A stretch of DNA of 64,000 nucleotides, taken from positions 512,001 to 576,000 of the forward strand of contig CP143273.1 in NCBI GenBank assembly GCA_051013385.1, given 5' to 3'. Numbering within the stretch: the first letter of the stretch is position 1; the number at the start of each line of letters is the position of its first letter. The notes below the pieces were generated by a model that had not been told where the DNA came from, did not search any database, and saw only the letters and a list, made by a program, of their open reading frames with translations. Below are positions 21,823 through 32,986 of this stretch, piece by piece. Position numbers and translations under genes: made by a program. Origin of the DNA: Phormidium sp. (GTDB lineage: Bacteria > Cyanobacteriota > Cyanobacteriia > Cyanobacteriales > Aerosakkonemataceae).

Positions 21823-22986
21823 GTGGACATTCAAATTGGGCGAGGTAAAGCTGCTCGCCGAGCATACGGTATTGATGAAATCGCACTAGTGCCAGGGCCT
21901 AGAACTTTAGACCCCAGTTTGGCAGAAACTCGCTGGCACATAGGCGGTATTGAGCGAGAAATTCCCATCATAGCCAGTGCGATGGATGGTGTAGTCGATG
22001 TACCCATGGCAGTAGAATTATCGCAATTGGGAGCCTTGGGAGTTCTTAACCTCGAAGGAATCCAAACGCGCTATGAAAATCCAGAGCCAATTTTAGATCG
22101 AATTGCTTCAGTGGGTAAAGATGAGTTTGTCCCCCTGATGCAGGAACTTTATGCAACACCTATTAAACCAGAGCTAATTGAGCGACGCATCCAAGAAATT
22201 AAACAACAAGGTGGTATTGCCGCAGTTAGCGCCACCCCCGCCGGAGCCAGCAAATTTGGTTCAGTAGTTGCCAAAGCGGGAGCAGATTTATTTTTTGTAC
22301 AAGCTACTGTAGTTTCAACTGCTCACCTATCCCCAGAGTCAGTAACACCTTTAGACTTACAGCAGTTCTGTCAAGAAATGCCCATTCCAGTAATTTTGGG
22401 TAACTGTGTCACCTACGACGTTGCCCTCAATTTAATGAAAGCTGGTGCAGCTGCAATATTAGTAGGTATTGGCCCCGGTGCTGCCTGTACTTCTAGGGGT
22501 GTTTTGGGTGTTGGTATACCCCAAGCAACTGCTGTAGCTGACTGTGCTGCTGCCAGAGATGATTATTATCGGGAAACGGGCAATTATGTGGCGGTGATTG
22601 CTGATGGTGGTTTAATAACAGGCGGTGATATTTGTAAGTGTATAGCTTGCGGTGCGGATGGCGTGATGATTGGTTCTCCTTTCGCTAGAGCTAAAGAAGC
22701 GCCGGGACGTGGTTATCACTGGGGTATGGCAACTCCTAGCCCAGTTTTACCTCGTGGCACTCGGATTCGCGTCGGCTCTACAGGTACATTAAAACAAATT
22801 CTTCGCGGACCGGCTGTACTTGATGATGGTACTCACAACCTATTAGGAGCCTTACAGACCAGTATGGGTACTTTAGGAGCCAAAAACATCAAAGAAATGC
22901 AGCAAGTCGAGGTGGTAATAGCTCCCTCTCTGTTAACTGAGGGTAAGGTATATCAAAAAGCTCAACAACTGGGTATGGGTAAGTAG
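21823..22986 (+). CDS. guaB: GuaB3-family IMP dehydrogenase
   Basis: [11 protein letters not shown] catalytic Cys loop and IADGG. GTG start at 21823 preferred. Confidence 0.9.
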   Translation: MDIQIGRGKAARRAYGIDEIALVPGPRTLDPSLAETRWHIGGIEREIPIIASAMDGVVDVPMAVELSQLGALGVLNLEGIQTRYENPEPILDRIASVGKDEFVPLMQELYATPIKPELIERRIQEIKQQGGIAAVSATPAGASKFGSVVAKAGADLFFVQATVVSTAHLSPESVTPLDLQQFCQEMPIPVILGNCVTYDVALNLMKAGAAAILVGIGPGAACTSRGVLGVGIPQATAVADCAAARDDYYRETGNYVAVIADGGLITGGDICKCIACGADGVMIGSPFARAKEAPGRGYHWGMATPSPVLPRGTRIRVGSTGTLKQILRGPAVLDDGTHNLLGALQTSMGTLGAKNIKEMQQVEVVIAPSLLTEGKVYQKAQQLGMGK

Positions 22987-23076
22987 TTTTACAAAGGAAA
23001 AATTAAAGTGAGGAAATTTTTCTGTATGCCCTGCTAACCTACCCTAAAACTGATTCTGTAGCCTACAATAGAGAAA

Positions 23077-23144
23077 GCGGAGACGCATGTTTCCGTTCAC
23101 TCCTCACACCACACTCCGCCCGGACTAATGTTCGGGCGGTTCCT
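23077..23144 (+). ncRNA. yfr1: Yfr1 small RNA
   Basis: Conserved ACTCCTCACAC between two hairpins; TACAAT -10 at 23064-23069; canonical guaB-trxA position. Confidence 0.92.
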
Positions 23145-23177
23145 TATGTAGGGTAGTAATTTTTTCCTTCAAAAAGT

Positions 23178-23285
23178 TTAGGATTTACGCACCATAAGCC
23201 AAGAAACCCGGTTTTTCGTTACTACGAAGTACGCTGAAACAACCCAATTACGTTAAAAAACCGGGTTGGGAGCGTAAGTCCTAAA
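23178..23285. repeat. Short inverted-repeat element (MITE/REP-like)
   Basis: TTAGGATTTACGC...GCGTAAGTCCTAA ends with an inner AACCCGGTTTTT/AAAAACCGGGTT pair. Confidence 0.65.
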
Positions 23286-23402
23286 GTTTTGATTTTCCCA
23301 GCCACTCAGAGTTGATCTACCTGTGGATAAGAGAACAATAGCTTTTTGGTGTGGTAGAATGCCGAAAGAAATAAAGACAATATTAGGTAAGGAATTGAGG
23401 GC

Positions 23403-23726
23403 ATGGCAGCAGCCGCACAAGTTACAGACTCTACTTTTGAGGAAGAAGTAGTTGAGAGTGATGTTCCTGTTTTAGTTGACTTTTGGGCTCCTTGGTGTGG
23501 GCCTTGCCGTATGGTCGCACCCGTGGTAGATGAAATCGCCGAGCAGTACGCAGGTCAAGTAAAAGTAGTTAAGGTCAATACTGATGAGAATCCCAATGTT
23601 GCTAGCAAATATGGGATTCGTAGCATTCCGACGCTAATGATCTTCAAAGGCGGTGTGAAAGTTGATATGGTGGTGGGTGCAGTTCCGAAGACTACTTTAG
23701 CCCAGACTTTGGAAAAGCATCTCTAA
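23403..23726 (+). CDS. trxA: Thioredoxin
   Basis: WCGPC active site, 107 aa. Confidence 0.97.
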   Translation: MAAAAQVTDSTFEEEVVESDVPVLVDFWAPWCGPCRMVAPVVDEIAEQYAGQVKVVKVNTDENPNVASKYGIRSIPTLMIFKGGVKVDMVVGAVPKTTLAQTLEKHL

Positions 23727-24733
23727 ACCTCTAGTAACGCTACGCGGAATTTAAAATTCTCTGATTCAAATTTCTGAGAGTCCAGAGAAGAAGCTGTTCA
23801 AAAATTTTGAATGGTTTAAATATTTCTGCTGTGTTGGAATAATTAGGTCGGAGAAGCTCCAATTAAGCTAAATAGTTGACTTAGGAGACTGGGAAAGCCG
23901 CTTTGTTTCCCGCTAGTTTTATTTAGCGTCTTCGATCGCTAGGATTTAAGACGCTTTTAGCATTTGCTCGGAAATAATACTGTAATAACCTTATCTGGGG
24001 TGAAGTTGTGGAGATTTCCTGGGACTGGGGGCTACATTCGGGACGGGAAACTCGCTACAATATAGTACCCGGTGCGATTCGTTCCTGCCAAAATGGAAGG
24101 TCAATGACCCAAAAGTGTAAGCAGGGTAGTGGCTCTCAGTCAATCGTAACGACTGAAACAAACCATTAACAACTTAGTAACCGTAGTGGTGAAATTCCAC
24201 TCCCACTAGATGCAAGTGGTGACAGCATATCCCATCCTGGGGAGATTGAGTATCAAACTAGGAAAGCTGGGAAAGTAAGGCGGTATATCGGAACCTGACC
24301 TGATAAACTCCGTCACCCACAGTTAGTCATGGTTAGTAAGCGAACTTCTTACAGAACCATCGTCAATATGTGACAAGCCTAAGCAGGTTATCGGCTTGCC
24401 CAAAAGGAAAGGGAAACCCTGCCCAGAAGGGACGGGCATTGGGCATTAAGCTCTACTTCTTAATGCTAAGAGCATAACAGATTCGGGTATCTGTTAAGTT
24501 TGCATCCAAACAGCCCTGGTGGAGAAGAAGAACCTAAAACTAACGTCAAACGGTAACTAGGAACGAAGTAACTCAATGTGTTCTCTTATGGTAGGTCGAT
24601 TACCATAAGCAGTCACTCAGGCGCAAGACATATTGAGTGGGATTGCCTAAGAAGCAATTGCTCCTGGTAATGCGGGAGATAAGCAGACGTAGGCACGTTG
24701 ATTCGGATGGTAAGGCAGTAAGTAGCAATAAAT

Positions 24734-26807
24734 ATGTCTAAAGCCGAACTAAGTTTCAGGATGGAATGGTCACACGATATCCCTGTTTTCAAAGGGGTAG
24801 TACATGAAGAATGGAAAAAACTACCTTGGAGAGGAATAGAAAAGCGTGTTTACAAGTTGCAAAAACGGATTTACCGAGCCGCTCAACGTGGTGATGTCAG
24901 AGTACAACGCAGACTCCAGAAAACACTGATGAAGTCTTGGTCAGCAAAATGTCTGGCGGTAAGAAGGGTCACTCAGGACAACCAAGGCAAAAAAACGGCA
25001 GGAGTGGATGGGAAGAAAAGCTTATCCCCAGAAGCACGTTTAAAACTGGCAAACAACCTGAGACTAACACAAAAATCCCAACCAGCACGACGGATTTGGA
25101 TACCCAAACCGGGAAGAGACGAAAAACGACCCTTGGGCATACCGACCATACATGACCGTGCATTGCAGGCGCTAGTAAAACTAGCATTGGAACCAGAATG
25201 GGAGGCACGCTTCGAGCCAAACAGTTACGGTTTCAGGCCAGGGCGCTCATGTCATGATGCTATCGGACAAATATATGTCAGTATCAACAAAAAGCCAAAA
25301 TACGTGCTAGATGCTGACATAGAAAAATGCTTTGATAGAATCAATCATCAGGCACTTTTATCCAAATTAAATACGTTCCCTACCATGAGAAAGCAAATCA
25401 AAGCATGGTTAAAAGCGGGGGCGATAGATGAGGGAGCATTCACGACTACATCCGAGGGAACCCCTCAAGGTGGAGTAATATCGCCATTACTCGCCAATAT
25501 AGCCCTTCATGGTATGGAATCACTAGTCAAGAAGTTGTCCAAAGACGCTTGCCTAGTTAGATACGCCGACGACTTTGTGTTATTACACAAAGACATAACC
25601 ATAGTCCACAGATGTAAGCAAAAGATAGAAGAATTCCTGAAAGACATGGGTTTAAGGTTGAAAGACAGTAAAACGAGAATTTCTCATACCCTCCACAAGT
25701 ATGAGGGAAGCATCGGATTTGACTTTCTGGGATTCAATATTCGCCAATACAAGGTGGGAAAAACTCACTATGGAAAAACAGGCGGAAGAAAAAGTCAAAT
25801 ACTAGACTTCAAAACCAACATCAAACCAAGCAAAGAGGCGTTGAAAAAACACAGGACAAAAACGGGTAAAATCATCCACGAACATAAGAATCAATCACAG
25901 GCATCGCTTATCAAGCATATTAATCCTGTAATTAAAGGGTGGAGCAACTACTACTCATGTGTGGTCAGCAAAGAAATATTCTCCAAAGCTGACAGTATCA
26001 TTTACCAACAACTCAGAGCTTGGGCGGTTAGAAGAAGAGGAAGGAAACGCATTACAAAAGTAATGAAAAAGTACTTCCACACCGTCAATGGGAGAAATTG
26101 GGTCTTCTCAACAAGAGAAGAAAACCCATTAAGACTATTAAGACACGCTGAAACTCCAATAGTTCGGCACATCAAGGTAGTCGGAGATAAAAGCCCGTAT
26201 GACGGGGACATCATATACTGGAGTACAAGAATGGGGCAAAACCCGGATATGCCAAAAAGGATGGAGTATCTCCTGAAGGCACAAAACGGAAGATGCGCCC
26301 ACTGTGGATTACTCTTTAAAGATGGGGATTTAATGGAATTGCGCGACTTGAACTGGTCGCCTAGTATGGGGAACCCTGTCCCCTGAGAGATTCACACCTC
26401 TCACCCTCACGTAAAAGACTTGCAAGAGTCCGGTCACGGTCAAGTAGGCAACGAAACAACCGGAATGCAGACCACGAAAGTAGCCGAAGCTATCAGCCTA
26501 AGATAGTTAGGAGCAAGAGGGATTTCTTTAAACGGTGAACGCAAGTGAACTGTCCCAAGCTGCGACGAAGTAAGGCTTGAGCCGGATGATGGGAAACTGT
26601 CAAGTCCGGTTCTTAGGGGAGGTGCGGGTAGTAATACCCAATCCTTACCCGACAGACCATATCATCAGAACCTCCCTTGGTGGAACTGAAAAGGTCAACA
26701 ATAAACAACTTCTCCATCGACATTGCCACGACCACAAAACAACTTGCGATAAACAAGTTGTCGGCAACAAAGAACTAGAAAGGTATATTGAACAAAACCC
26801 TTTCTAA
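24734..26807 (+). CDS. ltrA: Group II intron reverse transcriptase/maturase with HNH endonuclease, split by an inner intron (exons 24734-26340 and 26654-26807)
   Basis: RT motifs PQGG and YADD, domain X, CAHC. Joined exons read ...LMELDHIIRTSLGG...NKQLLHRHCHDHKT, giving 586 aa. Confidence 0.9.
26341..26653 (+). mobile_element. ORF-less miniature group II intron nested in the outer intron's ORF
   Basis: Starts GCGCG. Domain V GAGCCGGATGATGGGAAACTGTCAAGTCCGGTTC; domain VI ends CCCGAC. Removal restores ATG GAA TT|A GAC CAT. Confidence 0.85.
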
Positions 26808-26961
26808 TCGCCTAAGCCCTATAAAACGGGTAATGCGGTATGTAATGACAAACACCGAACCAACAAGGAGCCGTGTGCGGTGAAAGTCGCTTGCACGGTT
26901 CTGAATGGGAGGGTAGAGGGGTGACTCTCTACTCGACCCCTAACCCAGAGCGGAATAAATT

Positions 26962-28029
26962 ATGACTATTACACCCTCGTTCAATAGAAATGAGTCTTTG
27001 CCAAAAGAGTTGGCAGAGTTAATCGAACGGCTACCTACGCATAAGTATAAGAAATGGATTGAGCAATCACTGGCTACCTTATTACGGATGGGTAGTGGTG
27101 AGATCGATCGCCTGGACTGGAAGATCTTAAGTGCTTCGTTATCAGATCTGGAGCGAGGCTTTAAAACCTTTTATCCCTACCGACATATTCGCAAAGTCAC
27201 TTTTTTTGGTTCGGCTCGTTTGCCATCAGATACTCCAGAATACCAAATGGCTGTAGACTTTGGTCGTCGCGTCACCGAGTTAGGATTCATGCTGATGACT
27301 GGTGGTGGCGGCGGCATTATGCAGGCGGGAAATGAAGGTGCAGGAAAAGACAAATCCTTTGGGTTAAATATTCAGCTGCCTTTTGAACAGTCAGCTAATC
27401 AGTTTATCGATGGAGATCCCAAGTTAATTCACTTTAAGTATTTTTTCACGCGCAAGCTGTTTTTATTACGAGAAAGTGATGCGATCGGGGTTTTTCCTGG
27501 TGGTTTTGGGACTCAAGACGAAGCTTTCGAGTGTCTTACCCTTTGTCAAACTGGTAGATATGGCCCAGTTCCGTTAATTTTGATCGATCGTCCGGGTGGT
27601 GATTATTGGACAGACTGGGACGCATACGTGGAAAAGCATTTGGTCAAACGGGGATTAGTCAATCCCGAAGATCGCAGCGTCTACACAATTACAGACGATT
27701 TAGATGTAGCTTGTGAAGCGATTACCAGTTTTTATCGAGTTTATCACTCTAGTCGTTATGTAGGAGAACAATTTGTCATTCGCCTCAAGTCCGAACTAAA
27801 AGACTCAGATGTTGAATGGTTAAATGAGAATTTCTCAGACATTCTGGTGAAAGGACGAATTGAAAAAACCCCAGCTTTCCCACAAGAGACAGGTGACGAA
27901 ACCTTTGATTTACCTCGTCTAGCCATGTATTTTAATCAACGCGACTTGGGAAGACTTTATCAGATGATTGCGGCTATTAATCGCATGAATCCTACTTCTC
28001 CAGAGTCGGAACATCCAGAACTTAAGTAA
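26962..28029 (+). CDS. LOG family (lysine decarboxylase-like) nucleotide-binding protein
   Basis: FGSAR, TGGGGGIM and PGGFGTQDE motifs. Confidence 0.9.
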   Translation: MTITPSFNRNESLPKELAELIERLPTHKYKKWIEQSLATLLRMGSGEIDRLDWKILSASLSDLERGFKTFYPYRHIRKVTFFGSARLPSDTPEYQMAVDFGRRVTELGFMLMTGGGGGIMQAGNEGAGKDKSFGLNIQLPFEQSANQFIDGDPKLIHFKYFFTRKLFLLRESDAIGVFPGGFGTQDEAFECLTLCQTGRYGPVPLILIDRPGGDYWTDWDAYVEKHLVKRGLVNPEDRSVYTITDDLDVACEAITSFYRVYHSSRYVGEQFVIRLKSELKDSDVEWLNENFSDILVKGRIEKTPAFPQETGDETFDLPRLAMYFNQRDLGRLYQMIAAINRMNPTSPESEHPELK

Positions 28030-28512
28030 GTAAAAACAAGGAAGGGAAGAAGAGACACTCCAGATGGGCAGACGCTCCTGACGGGGAGAGTTCTTCCATT
28101 TGTTCTATCTTTGTATCTCTTCTTTCTTTTGTTAGCTTTCCCCGGCTGGGTTGGTAGTCTTTCCTTTGCAGTGATGAAATTAGGCATTACTCAGGTTTTA
28201 AGTAGTATTTAAATTTTAATTACAAAAATCTTAAATATCTTGGCGAAAATCCTCCGTAATTTACTGGATATGATATAATTCGTGCTTGAATTAAAAATTT
28301 GCTAATAGAGAGAATTGGGTAACACTAGCAGGGTAGTTTTTCCGGGAAAATACGTAACTTATCCAAAACTTCTTATTGATATTCCGCAATCTTCACCAAG
28401 ACAAGTGATTAGGATGTTTGCGACAGTAATAATAACAAGCTCATAAGCCACACTAAAAATTTAGAGTGTCCGCGAAGCTATCACCACTTGATTTCCTTGG
28501 TTCTAACTCATT

Positions 28513-28692
28513 ATGTCTAACAAACAAGCTAAAATTAAATTTCCTGTCTGGCGTTATCTCAACCAGCCTTTGTTTAGTTCTAAAACTAAGTTAGTATTAA
28601 ATCCTCAAAAGTTTTGGTACTTATACAGAATTGAATTATTAGAACGCTGCTTGGCTAAAAAGTGCGAATCAGAAGGTCGTCATTATAATTAA
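28513..28692 (+). CDS. Small cyanobacterial hypothetical protein (59 aa, below ORF-track cutoff)
   Basis: MSNKQAKIKFPVWRYLNQPLFSSKTKLVLNPQKFWYLYRIELLERCLAKKCESEGRHYN; followed by a hairpin at about 28720-28755. Confidence 0.65.
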   Translation: MSNKQAKIKFPVWRYLNQPLFSSKTKLVLNPQKFWYLYRIELLERCLAKKCESEGRHYN

Positions 28693-28812
28693 AATTTATT
28701 TGGGCTTCTTACAGCAGTTAGGATCTCCAGGGGTTCCAGGAACCCTTGGATCTCTGTTCCTAACTCAAAACTCTCCTTACGAGAAACTGAAAACTTTCCC
28801 CCTGCCTTCTGC

Positions 28813-29928
28813 CTAATTGCTCAGTACTAAGTTATCTCGGTGAACTACGGTTTCTGCGCCTGGGTAGCCTAAGATTGCGGTAATTTCTACTGATTGACGA
28901 CCTTGAATTTTTTTTAGTTCACTACTACTGTAATTGACAATTCCTCTAGCAATTTCTCGACCTGTGGTATCGCACAGTTGCACTGCATCAGAGTTGTGAA
29001 ATTCACCTTCTATTTGGGTAATTCCGGCAGCTAATAGAGATTTTCCGGCTTTGGCGATCGCATTTACTGCCCCTTGATCCAGATAAATTTTACCACAAGG
29101 AACTAAACCGTAAGCAATCCAGCGTTTCCGAGCATTACCGAGTTGGGGTTGAGGTTCAAAATGCGTACCTATTGGTTCTCCGGCGAGAATTTTCTCAATG
29201 TTTCCCGGGTTTTTGCCTTCTGTAATCACTGTGCGAACCCCAGAAGCAGTAGCGATGCGGGCGGCAGCAATTTTAGTCATCATACCACCAGTCCCCCACT
29301 GAGAACCGCGATCGCCTGTTTGCACTTCTAATTCTGCTAATTGATCGATGTGCGTCACTAAAGTAATAGGTTGAGCATCGGGGTGACTGCGAGGATCTGC
29401 GGAATACAGTCTATCTACATCTGTGAGTAAGAATAGCCAATGTGCCTCTAATAAACTAGCGACTCTGGCGGAGAGTGTGTCATTATCGCCGAATTTTAAC
29501 TCTTCAATGGCGACGGTATCATTTTCATTGACAATCGGGATGACTCCCAACTTTAATAAAGCTTGGAAAGTGTTGTGAGCATTGACATAGCGACTGCGTT
29601 GGACTAAATCGCTACGAGTGAGTAATACTTGTGCGATCGGCTGTTGTAGGGAAGTAAACAAATCATCATAAACTCGCATTAATCTACCTTGTCCCACAGC
29701 GGCTACTGCTTGTTTTACCGCTATATTCCGGGGACGTTCATGTAGTCCGAGACGGGCACAACCTACACCCACTGCCCCTGATGTTACTAAAATTACATTG
29801 TTTCCCGCAGCACGGAGACGGCTAAGAACTTCAACTAACCCAGCGATTGTGGAGAGAGCTAAGTTACCAGTAGAGGGATTGGTTAAGCTAGAAGTACCAA
29901 TTTTGACAACTATAGTTTGATTAGTCAT
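28813..29928 (-). CDS. proB: Glutamate 5-kinase
   Basis: [30 protein letters not shown] and a PUA domain. Confidence 0.97.
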   Translation of the reverse strand: MTNQTIVVKIGTSSLTNPSTGNLALSTIAGLVEVLSRLRAAGNNVILVTSGAVGVGCARLGLHERPRNIAVKQAVAAVGQGRLMRVYDDLFTSLQQPIAQVLLTRSDLVQRSRYVNAHNTFQALLKLGVIPIVNENDTVAIEELKFGDNDTLSARVASLLEAHWLFLLTDVDRLYSADPRSHPDAQPITLVTHIDQLAELEVQTGDRGSQWGTGGMMTKIAAARIATASGVRTVITEGKNPGNIEKILAGEPIGTHFEPQPQLGNARKRWIAYGLVPCGKIYLDQGAVNAIAKAGKSLLAAGITQIEGEFHNSDAVQLCDTTGREIARGIVNYSSSELKKIQGRQSVEITAILGYPGAETVVHRDNLVLSN

Positions 29929-29980
29929 TGGTCATTGGTCATTGGTCATTGGTCAATTAGTTAACTTTTAGTTAAATTTA

Positions 29981-30514
29981 CTATTTAATATGGCGTTTTT
30001 TCGCGGGGATAGTTGCGCCGAGGATTTGGGATAGCCAGACTTCTAGGGTGTGAATTGGGTAAGATTGGATTGCTTCTCCGGTAGGGACGATCGGTTCGAC
30101 TAAAATGGTGAACATTCCCAGACGATTACCTGCTAGGACATCGGTAAATAAACGATCGCCAACCATTGCTACTTGTTCTATGGGCAAATTCATTTCATTA
30201 ACTGCCCTTCGCAGTTTGCGGCGAGAAGGCTTGCTAGCACCAAAAATATAGGGTACATTCAAAGTTTGAGCAATTCTACCAATTCTCGATTCACTCAAGT
30301 TATTACTCACCAGCCACAATTGAGCTACTTGACGAATTTCTTCCACCCAGTGTAGTAGTTCATCAGAAGCTTGACAAACTTTTACAGGTACTAAAGTTTC
30401 ATCAACATCTAACACCAAACCTTTAAGCTGATAATACTCTAGAATTTCTGGTGTTAACCGGAGAATTGTGCCTTCTAAAATTAAATCTGGCTGTAAGAGT
30501 GCGCCCCAAGACAT
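29981..30514 (-). CDS. YqeG family HAD IIIA phosphatase
   Basis: LDVDETL, SNN, KP and GDRLFTDV motifs. Confidence 0.92.
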   Translation of the reverse strand: MSWGALLQPDLILEGTILRLTPEILEYYQLKGLVLDVDETLVPVKVCQASDELLHWVEEIRQVAQLWLVSNNLSESRIGRIAQTLNVPYIFGASKPSRRKLRRAVNEMNLPIEQVAMVGDRLFTDVLAGNRLGMFTILVEPIVPTGEAIQSYPIHTLEVWLSQILGATIPAKKRHIK

Positions 30515-30642
30515 AAGAATTTATTTGGTAATTGGTGATCATTATAAGGGTGATATTCGAGTTTTTAGTGATGAGTTTTGCCAGAGCAAAACTGATGCTA
30601 ACAAAACTCATCACTGTTATACTCTGGCTGCCAAATTAATAA

Positions 30643-31755
30643 CTAATTTGGTTGAGGATTTGCCTGTTGGCTTTGTTGTACTCTTTGTCTGCGGATCGCT
30701 GCCACAGCTGTTTCATGTTCTGCTAGGGTGCGACTGAAGACATGAGTACCATCGTAACGAGCCACAAAAAACAGATAATCGGTTTTTTCTGGTGTCAGGG
30801 TAGCTTGTAAACTAGCTTTTCCGGGGCTGGCGATCGGGGTTGGCGGTAAACCGCGATTCAGATAAGTGTTATAAGGAGAGGGAGTTCTGACTTGCTTAAA
30901 AGTCAGGGGTTGATCGGCGGTTTGTTGGATATTTAATCCATATTCAACCGTCGGATCGGCTTCCAGCCTCATGCCTTTTTGCAAGCGTTGGGTAAACACA
31001 CCTGCAATGCGGGGGCGTTCTGCCGGAATTACCGCCTCTTTTTCTACGATACTGGCAAGAGTCACCCATTGGAGAAGGTTCATCTTACTTTGTTGGGGAT
31101 TTTGTTGGTAAATTGGCAGAGCGACTTCCTCAAATCGTTTGAGCATGATATTGATTATTTTTTGGGGAGTGATACCTCCGCTGGCTATTTTGTAGGTGTC
31201 GGGGTACAAAAAGCCTTCTAGATGAGGTAGACCACTGGGTAGCCAAGGAAATTGATCGCGAGGAATTTGCTTGGTAGCAGCAAGAAATTCTTGGGCGCTA
31301 AAAAAGCCTTGGGATTCAAAGTAAGCAGCCATTTGCTTGAGATTTCGACCTTCCGGGATCGTAAAGCTAAGTTGTACCACACTACCTTTACTAATTTGCT
31401 CAGCAATTTCTACTAAAGACTGAGTGGGTGAAAGCTGGTAAGTCCCCGCTTTAAACACAGCTTTATTTTGTGTATTTAACCAGCGTGCCCACAGATCCCA
31501 AGCATTACTGGAACGAATTAACCCGGCTGATTCTAAGTAAGTACCAATTTGCTTGCTAGTGGAACCAGGGGGAATGCTAATTTGTACTGTTTTGTCAACA
31601 TCTAATGCTTCGTCAGGAGATGACTTAGCTACAGGTGGTGCTGTCGCCCAACTCCACCAAGACCAACCTTGCCAAGCACTTAGCACTATTACGGCGGGAA
31701 ATAGTGCCAGATAGAAGAAAGATTTAGAGAGGCGTTGCACAATGCTCATCTGCAA
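30643..31755 (-). CDS. mltG: Endolytic transglycosylase MltG
   Basis: LEGFLYPDTY, ASIVEKE and SPYNTY...GLPPTPI motifs. Confidence 0.95.
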   Translation of the reverse strand: MQMSIVQRLSKSFFYLALFPAVIVLSAWQGWSWWSWATAPPVAKSSPDEALDVDKTVQISIPPGSTSKQIGTYLESAGLIRSSNAWDLWARWLNTQNKAVFKAGTYQLSPTQSLVEIAEQISKGSVVQLSFTIPEGRNLKQMAAYFESQGFFSAQEFLAATKQIPRDQFPWLPSGLPHLEGFLYPDTYKIASGGITPQKIINIMLKRFEEVALPIYQQNPQQSKMNLLQWVTLASIVEKEAVIPAERPRIAGVFTQRLQKGMRLEADPTVEYGLNIQQTADQPLTFKQVRTPSPYNTYLNRGLPPTPIASPGKASLQATLTPEKTDYLFFVARYDGTHVFSRTLAEHETAVAAIRRQRVQQSQQANPQPN

Positions 31756-31884
31756 ATAGCATTAATGGGGAAAAACAACATCGGTGATTAGTATTTAGCC
31801 ATTTATTAACCAATGACAGGGGCAAGCCCTAGTGGAGGATACGAACCAAATGATAAATGACTTATTGACTAATCACCTACACTT

Positions 31885-32451
31885 TCATTCCATTTGGTTA
31901 AACAATTGCTCTTCGAGTAGAGGTTGGACTCGCTGATATTCTTCCTCACCGAGTAACTCTGCTTTCCCATCTTCGTTAAAACGACCGAAGAAAATTAAGG
32001 GAGATAAGGGAGTGTAGATGCTGTATTCCTTTTCTTCATGGAAAAAGCTGGCTAGTGGTTGGAGTGCTTCTGGTTCTAATGTGTTACCGTCTTCGTCTTG
32101 GATTTCCAACTCTAGGAGTTCTTCTTCGTCAACGGGGGGTAGTTCACCTTCTACAGTCAAGACGAAGGGAGTGCGTTTGAGTTTGAGGTTTTTTTCTGCC
32201 AAGACAGCTTGAGCGAGGGGGTAAATTTTGTCGATCGTTGCTTCCTCTTGAACTACTGATAGTTCCTCAGCTTCAGGATCGCCGATAAAAATATCTACTG
32301 AGGCATCTACTGGCAGGAGAACGAGATATTCATCGTCTTCTAGCTCAATATATTCCTCTACGTAGCAGAGAAGTTCGCGACCTTCTGGATCGATCAAGCT
32401 GACGATATCTTCTTCGTCTTGAGAATATAAATTGTCACTGTTGTCAGACAT
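31885..32451 (-). CDS. DUF3727-like acidic protein
   Basis: Acidic protein with GRELLCYVE and VLAEKNLKLKRT; usual neighbour of ruvX/mltG in cyanobacteria. Confidence 0.75.
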   Translation of the reverse strand: MSDNSDNLYSQDEEDIVSLIDPEGRELLCYVEEYIELEDDEYLVLLPVDASVDIFIGDPEAEELSVVQEEATIDKIYPLAQAVLAEKNLKLKRTPFVLTVEGELPPVDEEELLELEIQDEDGNTLEPEALQPLASFFHEEKEYSIYTPLSPLIFFGRFNEDGKAELLGEEEYQRVQPLLEEQLFNQME

Positions 32452-32476
32452 GGTTAGGCTCCAAAGGAGGGGAGTG

Positions 32477-32986
32477 TTATTGTCGTTTACGACGTTCGTC
32501 CAACCATTGTTGCAGAATTATTGCTGCGGCTTTGCGATCGATCAAATTTTTATTTCTTGAGGGGGATCTGTTTTCGGCTTTGAGCAGTTCTTCGGCTTGA
32601 AAGGAGGTTAATCGCTCGTCTACATACTCCAAGGGCAGGTTTAAGGCTTTAGCATAAGTACGGGCGAGTTTTTGCACTTGTTTGGCTTGGTAGCCTAAAC
32701 TGCCATCCATTGAGTAGGGTAATCCCACAACTAAGAGTTCTACTTCTCGTTCTGCGACTAGTTGTTGAAATTTTGCTATGTCTTGAGCAAAGGATTTGCG
32801 CTCAATGGTGGTTAATCCGGTGGCGATTAAACCTGTGCGATCGCACCCTGCCACTCCGATCCGCTTGCGCCCAATATCCAGTCCCAATGCAGAGATTTGG
32901 GGCAGGGAGGCAGGGGGGCAGGGAGGCAGGGGGGCAGGGGGGCAGAGGGGCAGGGGGGCAGAGGGGAGGTTTTGGTTTTCGGTCAT
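32477..32986 (-). CDS. ruvX: Holliday junction resolvase-like RuvX/YqgF
   Basis: LGLDIGRKRIGVA, VGLP, DERLTS and IDRKAAAIIL. Start taken at MTENQ. Confidence 0.9.
   Translation of the reverse strand: MTENQNLPSAPLPLCPPAPLPPCPPASLPQISALGLDIGRKRIGVAGCDRTGLIATGLTTIERKSFAQDIAKFQQLVAEREVELLVVGLPYSMDGSLGYQAKQVQKLARTYAKALNLPLEYVDERLTSFQAEELLKAENRSPSRNKNLIDRKAAAIILQQWLDERRKRQ

Larger units (their letters stand above)
24072..26944 (+). mobile_element. Group II intron (RT-X-En, chloroplast-like/IIB type), outer intron
   Basis: 5' GTGCG at 24072. Domain V GAGCCGTGTGCGGTGAAAGTCGCTTGCACGGTTC; domain VI ends CCCCTAAC at 26944. Loop sequence CGGGTA (24484-24489) pairs perfectly with 5' exon TACCCG (24066-24071), i.e. 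EBS1/IBS1. Confidence 0.93.

Noticed and set aside
24734..26386. RT as retron, DGR or CRISPR-associated RT
   Set aside because: Intron boundaries, domain V, EBS1/IBS1 pairing and domain X/HNH identify it as a group II intron protein; no TR/VR pair or cas genes were seen.
26577..26807. Standalone 76-aa ORF
   Set aside because: The first part is inner-intron domains V/VI and the rest is exon 2 of the RT gene.
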